From Actinomycetes bacterium (GTDB taxonomy: Bacteria; Actinomycetota; Acidimicrobiia; Acidimicrobiales; Bog-793), in the NCBI GenBank assembly GCA_021809805.1, contig JAJZKA010000002.1:3907-67906 (forward strand): 64,000 bases of DNA, given 5' to 3'. The notes beneath the pieces were generated by a model that was not told where the DNA came from, did not search any database, and worked only from the letters and a program-made list of their open reading frames with translations. A program made the position numbers and the translations under genes. Below, piece by piece: positions 58,228 through 64,000 of this stretch (its first letter is position 1; each line of letters begins with the position of its first letter).

Positions 58228-59085
58228 TCACGTGCCGGCGGCACCTGCCTCGCGCTGCAGGGCGGCAAGTGCGAGGTTGCCCGATCGGAACCCTTCGAGG
58301 TCCAAGGTGACGTAGCGGTATCCGGCAGCCTTGAGGGTCTCGACGACGGCCTCGCGTCGCTCGACGACGGCGACGAGATCCTCGAGTGGCACCTCGATGC
58401 GGGCGCTCTGGTCGTGATGGCGCACGCGCAGCTGGGCGAAGCCGAGGCTGCGCAGTCCGGACTCGGCGCGCGCGATCTGCTCGAGACGCGAGGAGGTAAC
58501 CGACGTTCCGTGGGGCAGTCGTGAGGCAAGGCAGGCGGCCGCAGGCTTGTCGAAGGTGCGCAGGCCGAGGGCCTCAGAATGGCGGCGAACCAGGGCTTTG
58601 GTGAACCCGGCCTCGACGAGGGGGAAGCGCGCCCCCTGCTCGGCCGCGGCGGCCTGTCCGGGCCGGTGCTCTCCGAGGTCGTCGAGGTTGACCCCAAGGA
58701 CGACCGTGGCCGACTCGGCCGCGGCGAGCGGGCCGAGCACCGCCATCAGCTCGCTCTTGCAATGAAAGCAGCGGTCGAGGTCGTTGCGGACGTAATCGGG
58801 GTTGTCGAGCTCGGAAGTGCGTGGTGTGACGTGCCGCAGCCCCCACTCGCTCGCGAGCGTCTTGGTGTCCTCGAGTTCCTCGGGAGCGAGCGAGGCCGAC
58901 TGCGCCGTCGCGCACAGCACGCGCTCGCGCCCGAGGGTGTCGGTCGCGACCTTGGCGAGCAAGGCCGAGTCGGCCCCGCCGGAGAAGGCGACCACGACCC
59001 GGTCGAGCGAGCGCAGCACGTGCGCGAGCGCCTCAAGCGTGCCGGCATCTCCCACGGCGTGCGGCGTGTTGGGCCGGAGGCTCAC
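58228..59085 (-). CDS. larE: PP-loop ATP pyrophosphatase of the LarE family (NPN-cofactor sulfur transferase), three-Cys type
   Basis: PP-loop VVVAFSGGADSALL. CxxC in DRCFHCKSEL, plus a third Cys in AAACLASRLPHG. The GTG at 59085 overlaps the hemQ stop (GTGA). Confidence 0.8.
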   Translation of the reverse strand: MSLRPNTPHAVGDAGTLEALAHVLRSLDRVVVAFSGGADSALLAKVATDTLGRERVLCATAQSASLAPEELEDTKTLASEWGLRHVTPRTSELDNPDYVRNDLDRCFHCKSELMAVLGPLAAAESATVVLGVNLDDLGEHRPGQAAAAEQGARFPLVEAGFTKALVRRHSEALGLRTFDKPAAACLASRLPHGTSVTSSRLEQIARAESGLRSLGFAQLRVRHHDQSARIEVPLEDLVAVVERREAVVETLKAAGYRYVTLDLEGFRSGNLALAALQREAGAAGT

Positions 59086-59795
59086 CGCAGGGCCGCCAGG
59101 ACCTCGGCGGGGCTGGCAACCGTGCCGACGACGAACGGGCCGAACTCGGCAAAGCGCGCTGATGCCTCGTCGAAGCGCATCGTGTAGACGCAGGCCTTGA
59201 TGTCGTCGAGCTCCCTCGCGAACAAGGTGACGCCCCACTCGTAGTCGTCGAGGCCGGTCGAACCGGTCACGAGTTGGAGGACCCGGCCGGCAAAGCGCCG
59301 ACCGCTCTTGCCGTGGCCGTACATGAGCTCGAGGCGGTCCTCGTAGCCGAGCTGGTACCAGTTGTCTTCGGCGAGGCGGCGCTTGGACATCGGATAAAAG
59401 CAGAAGGCGTTCATGCCATCGGGGGGAAGCGCGGGGTGCAGCCGCGCCTGAAGCAGGTGGTTCGGCAGTCCCGTGGCGTATTCGGAGACTTCGGTGATCG
59501 ACACGTAGGACCAGCTCGGAGTGCACCCAGCTCGCGCCAGCGCGCTCTGCAGGCTGCGCAGCCGGACCTCTGATGGGCCGAGCGCCATGACGGCGAGATC
59601 GGCCTTGTGGCCGAGCAGAGCGGCCATCACGACCTGGTGCTCGCCGGCCTGGCAGTCCTTGATGGCGAGCTCGATCGCCTGGGGATCGTGGCCAGGAGCG
59701 AGGTGGCAGAACAGGTGGAGAACCCGCCAGCCGGCGATCGTCGCGTGGTCATCGCGCGGCTCGCTGGGCGCGCTTGGTTGGGCTGCTTCGGGCAC
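59082..59795 (-). CDS. hemQ: Coproheme decarboxylase (HemQ/ChdC, chlorite-dismutase family)
   Basis: FCFYPMSKRR, YEWGVTLFA, and DIKACVYTMRFDEASARFAEFGPFVVG, typical of actinobacterial HemQ. Confidence 0.85.
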   Translation of the reverse strand: MPEAAQPSAPSEPRDDHATIAGWRVLHLFCHLAPGHDPQAIELAIKDCQAGEHQVVMAALLGHKADLAVMALGPSEVRLRSLQSALARAGCTPSWSYVSITEVSEYATGLPNHLLQARLHPALPPDGMNAFCFYPMSKRRLAEDNWYQLGYEDRLELMYGHGKSGRRFAGRVLQLVTGSTGLDDYEWGVTLFARELDDIKACVYTMRFDEASARFAEFGPFVVGTVASPAEVLAALR

Positions 59796-59851
59796 GTACG
59801 AAGTCTAGAGGCGATGCCGCCCGGCGATCTGCGGGCGGTTCTGGACGCGCC

Positions 59852-59879
59852 ACGGGGCGCCCTTGCGGGCGCCCCGTGC
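59852..59879 (-). terminator. Perfect 12-bp GC hairpin downstream of groEL
   Basis: cacggggcgccc-ttgc-gggcgccccgtg lies 26 nt after the groEL stop. A second weaker hairpin (ccgcccg...cgggcgg) lies nearby. There is no U tract. Confidence 0.5.
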
Positions 59880-59904
59880 TCGACTGGCTTGCTGCCGGGC
59901 AGGA

Positions 59905-61594
<1,690 letters not shown>

Positions 61595-61635
61595 TAGCAA
61601 ACCACGCGCTGCCGAGTCGCGCAACCGCGTGGCGC

Positions 61636-61911
61636 CTAGCCCCCGGCGACGGCGGGCACGACCGAAAGCGTCTGGCCGTCGCTCACCGGCGTATCGATGC
61701 CCTTCAGGAAACGGACGTCCTCGTCGGCGAGGAAGACGTTGACGAAGCGACGCAGGTTGCCGTCCTCATCGAGGAGGCGCTCGCGCATTCCCGGGTGCGC
61801 CTGTTCGAGGCCTTCGAACACCTCGGCGACGGTGGCGCCCTCCACGGCGACCTCGCCGGCGCCCCCCGTCAGGGAGCGGAGCTGGGCGGGGATGCGGACG
61901 ATGACGCTCAT
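61636..61911 (-). CDS. MoaD/ThiS/CysO-family sulfur-carrier protein (91 aa, C-terminal Gly-Gly)
   Basis: MSVIVRIPAQLRSLTGGAGEVAVEGATVAEVFEGLEQAHPGMRERLLDEDGNLRRFVNVFLADEDVRFLKGIDTPVSDGQTLSVVPAVAGG. It has a beta-grasp pattern, ends in GG then the stop, and its ATG overlaps the upstream stop (ATGA). Confidence 0.85.
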   Translation of the reverse strand: MSVIVRIPAQLRSLTGGAGEVAVEGATVAEVFEGLEQAHPGMRERLLDEDGNLRRFVNVFLADEDVRFLKGIDTPVSDGQTLSVVPAVAGG

Positions 61912-63149
61912 CGGATGCCTCCTGCGGCCCGGTCGGCCGCGACGAATGCTTCGAGGGACGGGGGAATCACATAGCTCGGGCCGACGGCGTCGCCGAGGGC
62001 CTCGACGGTCTTGAGGCCGTTGCCGGTGACATAGGCCACGACGCGCTCGTCGGTGCCGATCGCGCCCTCGGCAGCGAGCTTGGCCAGCGTGGCGATCGTG
62101 ACGCCACCGGCGGTCTCGGCGAAGATCCCCTCGGTGCGTGCGAGCAGCGAGATCGCCTCGAGGATCTCGGCGTCGCTCACGGCCCCGATGCGGCCTCCGC
62201 TCGAGCGGACCACCTCGAGCGCATACCAGCCATCCGCCGGGTTCCCGATCGCCAGGGACTTGGCGATCGTGTCGGGGCGCACGGGGCGGATCGTGTCGGA
62301 TCCCTCCGCAAAGGCGGTGGCCACCGGCGAGCACCCGAGCGCCTGGGCCCCCGAGACCCGCACCGGGTGCGGCTCGACGAGTCCCACTTTGGCAAGCTCG
62401 CCGAATCCCTTGTGGATCTTGGTGAGCTGGCTGCCCGAGGCGATCGGGACGACGACGTGGTCAGGCAGCTGCCAACCGAGCTGTTCTGCTACCTCGAAGG
62501 CAAGCGTCTTTGAGCCCTCCGAGTAGTAGGGGCGGATGTTGACATTGACAAAGGCCCATTCGGGACGATCGCTCGCCAGCTCGGCGCACAGCCGGTTGAC
62601 GTCGTCGTAGTTGCCCTCGACTGCGACGAGGTGGCCCCCAAAGACCGCCGTCGTCGCCACCTTCACCCGCTCGAGGTTGGCGGGGATGAAGACGTAGGAC
62701 TCCATGCCCGCGCGGGCCGCCGCCGCCGCCACGGCGTTGGCGAGGTTGCCGGTCGAGGCACAGGCCGCGACCTTCAGGCCGAGCTCACGCGCCTTGGTCA
62801 GCGCGACGCCGACGACACGGTCTTTGAACGAGCCGGTCGGATTGCGGGTGTCGTCTTTCAGCCAGAGCTCGCCGAGGCCGAGCTCGGCGCCCAGGCGGTC
62901 CGCGCGGACAAGGGGCGTGAAGCCGGGGTTGAGATCGGCACCGGCGGGACCGGCCACCGGGAGCAAGTCGACGTAGCGCCAGATGCTGGGTGGCCCGGCG
63001 CCGATGCGCTCTTTGGTGACTCGGGCCGCGATCGCGTCGTAGTCGTAGGCAACCTCGAGGGGTCCAAAGCAGTAGTCGCAGACATGCAGCGCCTCGGCTG
63101 GATAGGCGCGATGGCATTCACGACAGACCAGGCCTTGCACGAACCCCAC
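61908..63149 (-). CDS. Threonine-synthase-family PLP enzyme with an N-terminal 4-Cys zinc ribbon. The predicted function is carrier-protein-dependent homocysteine synthase rather than ThrC.
   Basis: CRECHRAYPAEALHVCDYCFGPLE ribbon, the PLP-lysine region NPTGSFKDRV, and ASTGNLANAVAA. The GTG at 63149 is preceded by GGGAGGA. Track-ORF residues upstream of it are the riboswitch read as protein. Confidence 0.8.
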   Translation of the reverse strand: MGFVQGLVCRECHRAYPAEALHVCDYCFGPLEVAYDYDAIAARVTKERIGAGPPSIWRYVDLLPVAGPAGADLNPGFTPLVRADRLGAELGLGELWLKDDTRNPTGSFKDRVVGVALTKARELGLKVAACASTGNLANAVAAAAARAGMESYVFIPANLERVKVATTAVFGGHLVAVEGNYDDVNRLCAELASDRPEWAFVNVNIRPYYSEGSKTLAFEVAEQLGWQLPDHVVVPIASGSQLTKIHKGFGELAKVGLVEPHPVRVSGAQALGCSPVATAFAEGSDTIRPVRPDTIAKSLAIGNPADGWYALEVVRSSGGRIGAVSDAEILEAISLLARTEGIFAETAGGVTIATLAKLAAEGAIGTDERVVAYVTGNGLKTVEALGDAVGPSYVIPPSLEAFVAADRAAGGIR

Positions 63150-63154
63150 GGTTC

Positions 63155-63262
63155 CTCCCTCATCGGTCGGGCATTGGCACCTCGCACCGGAGCTCTCTCC
63201 GGCACTGGTTGCCGCGGCGTCACAGGGCCCGTCCCTCAGCCGCTCTGGATGATCAACCCCAG
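63155..63262 (-). ncRNA. SAM riboswitch, SAM-I clan (SAM-I core without a canonical P4; SAM-IV or SAM-I/IV-like)
   Basis: Minus strand: UUGAUCAUCCAGAGCGGCUGAGGGACGGGCCCUGUGACGCCGCGGCAACCAGUGCCGGAGAGAGCUCCGGUGCGAGGUGCCAAUGCCCGACCGAUGAGGGAGG. This matches the S-box core (UCAUC/GAUGA P1, CAGAG, GAGGGA, GGCCC, UGA, GCAACC, GGUGCCAAU) recalled from the Rfam consensus. The 3' strand of P1 abuts the SD. Confidence 0.8.
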
Positions 63263-63328
63263 TGTGGACGACACAGCGCGGCCTCGTCAAAGGGGGCGAC
63301 GTTGCCACCCGGTGGGTCAGGGGGAAAA

Positions 63329-64000
63329 ATGGTCGTCGTGCCCGGTTCGATTATCAACTACCACCACGACGACTTCAGCGCAGCGCAGCTCGCCGAGCGC
63401 AAGGGTCCCCAGCGGATCTCCGTCGTCATTCCCGCCCGTGACGAGGAGCGCACCGTCGGCAGGGTCGTCTCGGCGGTGCGCGACGGCCTGGTCGACCGCA
63501 TCGGCCTGGTCGACGACGTCGTCGTGGTCGACGACGGCTCCCAGGACCGCACCGCCGACATGGCGGCGCACGCCGGCGCCCGAGTCGTGCCGAGTGCCGC
63601 AGCGCGGGACGCGCACGGCCGTCCGGTGGGCCTCGGCAAGGGCGAGGCGATGCGCACGGGCCTGGCTGCGACCGAGGGCGACATCGTCGTCTTCTTGGAC
63701 GCCGATGTCTCCAACCTGCGCGCCCATTTCGTCACCGGCCTCCTCGGCCCGCTCCTCACCAATGCCTCGACCGTGCTCGTCAAGGGCCGCTTCGGCCGCC
63801 CGGCGCGGGGCGACGTCGCCGGGGGTGGGCGCGTCACCGAGCTCGTTGCCCGACCCGCGCTGGCGTTGCTGTTCCCCGACCTGAGCGAGGTCGAGCAGCC
63901 GATCGCGGGCGAGACCGCGCTGCGTCGCGAAGCGCTCGCACACCTCGAGCTCGACGGCGGCTACGGCGTGGACCTCGGCATGCTGATCGACGTCGCCGGT
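63329..64000 (+). CDS. gpgS: Glucosyl-3-phosphoglycerate synthase-like retaining glycosyltransferase (GT81/GT2-like). The C-terminus runs off the window.
   Basis: Hand translation from the ATG at 63329 gives MVVVPGSIINYHHDDFSAAQLAERKGPQRISVVIPARDEERTVGRVV...VVVDDGSQDRTADMAA...GKGEAMRTGLAATEGDIVVFLDADV...GGGRVTELVARPALALLFPDL...GYGVDLGMLIDV. This resembles mycobacterial GpgS. It is absent from the ORF track because there is no in-window stop. Confidence 0.7.
   Translation, partial: MVVVPGSIINYHHDDFSAAQLAERKGPQRISVVIPARDEERTVGRVVSAVRDGLVDRIGLVDDVVVVDDGSQDRTADMAAHAGARVVPSAAARDAHGRPVGLGKGEAMRTGLAATEGDIVVFLDADVSNLRAHFVTGLLGPLLTNASTVLVKGRFGRPARGDVAGGGRVTELVARPALALLFPDLSEVEQPIAGETALRREALAHLELDGGYGVDLGMLIDVAG

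Overview
This is a strongly GC-rich, gene-dense chromosomal core segment. Its gene content and order point to an actinobacterium (Actinomycetota), possibly a streamlined or deep-branching lineage. That assignment is an inference from synteny, not a database hit. Most long ORFs in the track are antisense shadows of real genes.

Supported content, left to right:
- A partial TPP-dependent dehydrogenase E1-alpha gene, then tatA.
- The aa3 oxidase and bcc menaquinol reductase genes (ctaC-ctaD-ctaF, ctaE-qcrC-qcrA-qcrB). They are split by tesB, gtrA, lnt and the coproporphyrin-pathway heme genes hemE-hemH-hemY.
- tRNA-Thr, followed by an IS1182/IS5-superfamily insertion sequence whose transposase is frameshifted.
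- A catalytically degenerate PAP2-fold protein, then larB-larC, pheA and tRNA-Ser.
- An Fe3+/polyamine-type ABC importer, a ChrB-domain protein and lon.
- DrrAB-like ABC exporter genes with a divergent TetR regulator, then lepB and a PfkB kinase.
- sigH/sigR with its ZAS anti-sigma factor.
- The conserved actinobacterial block: DUF2342 protease-tilS-hpt-folE-folP-X-folB-folK-coaX-lysS, a polyprenyl synthase, clpC, osmC, radA-disA, and carD-ispD-ispF-rlmB.
- gltA, a methyltransferase, an SDR, a GNAT and a PAC2 protein.
- hemQ-larE-NIL domain protein, and groEL with a perfect CIRCE operator.
- A SAM-I-clan riboswitch in front of a threonine-synthase-like gene and a MoaD/ThiS-like gene.
- A partial gpgS-like glycosyltransferase.

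No CRISPR array, defence island or prophage is visible.

The most interesting items:
1. The SAM-riboswitch-controlled ThrC-like plus GG-terminated sulfur-carrier pair, predicted to make homocysteine through a carrier-protein route.
2. A CX5R phosphatase-fold protein whose nucleophile Cys is replaced by His, translationally coupled inside the folate operon.
3. A three-Cys (cluster-type) LarE coupled to hemQ and followed by a NIL mini-protein, about 37 kb from larBC.
4. A 51-nt perfect direct repeat pair upstream of ctaC.
5. A DisA that lacks its HhH domain.
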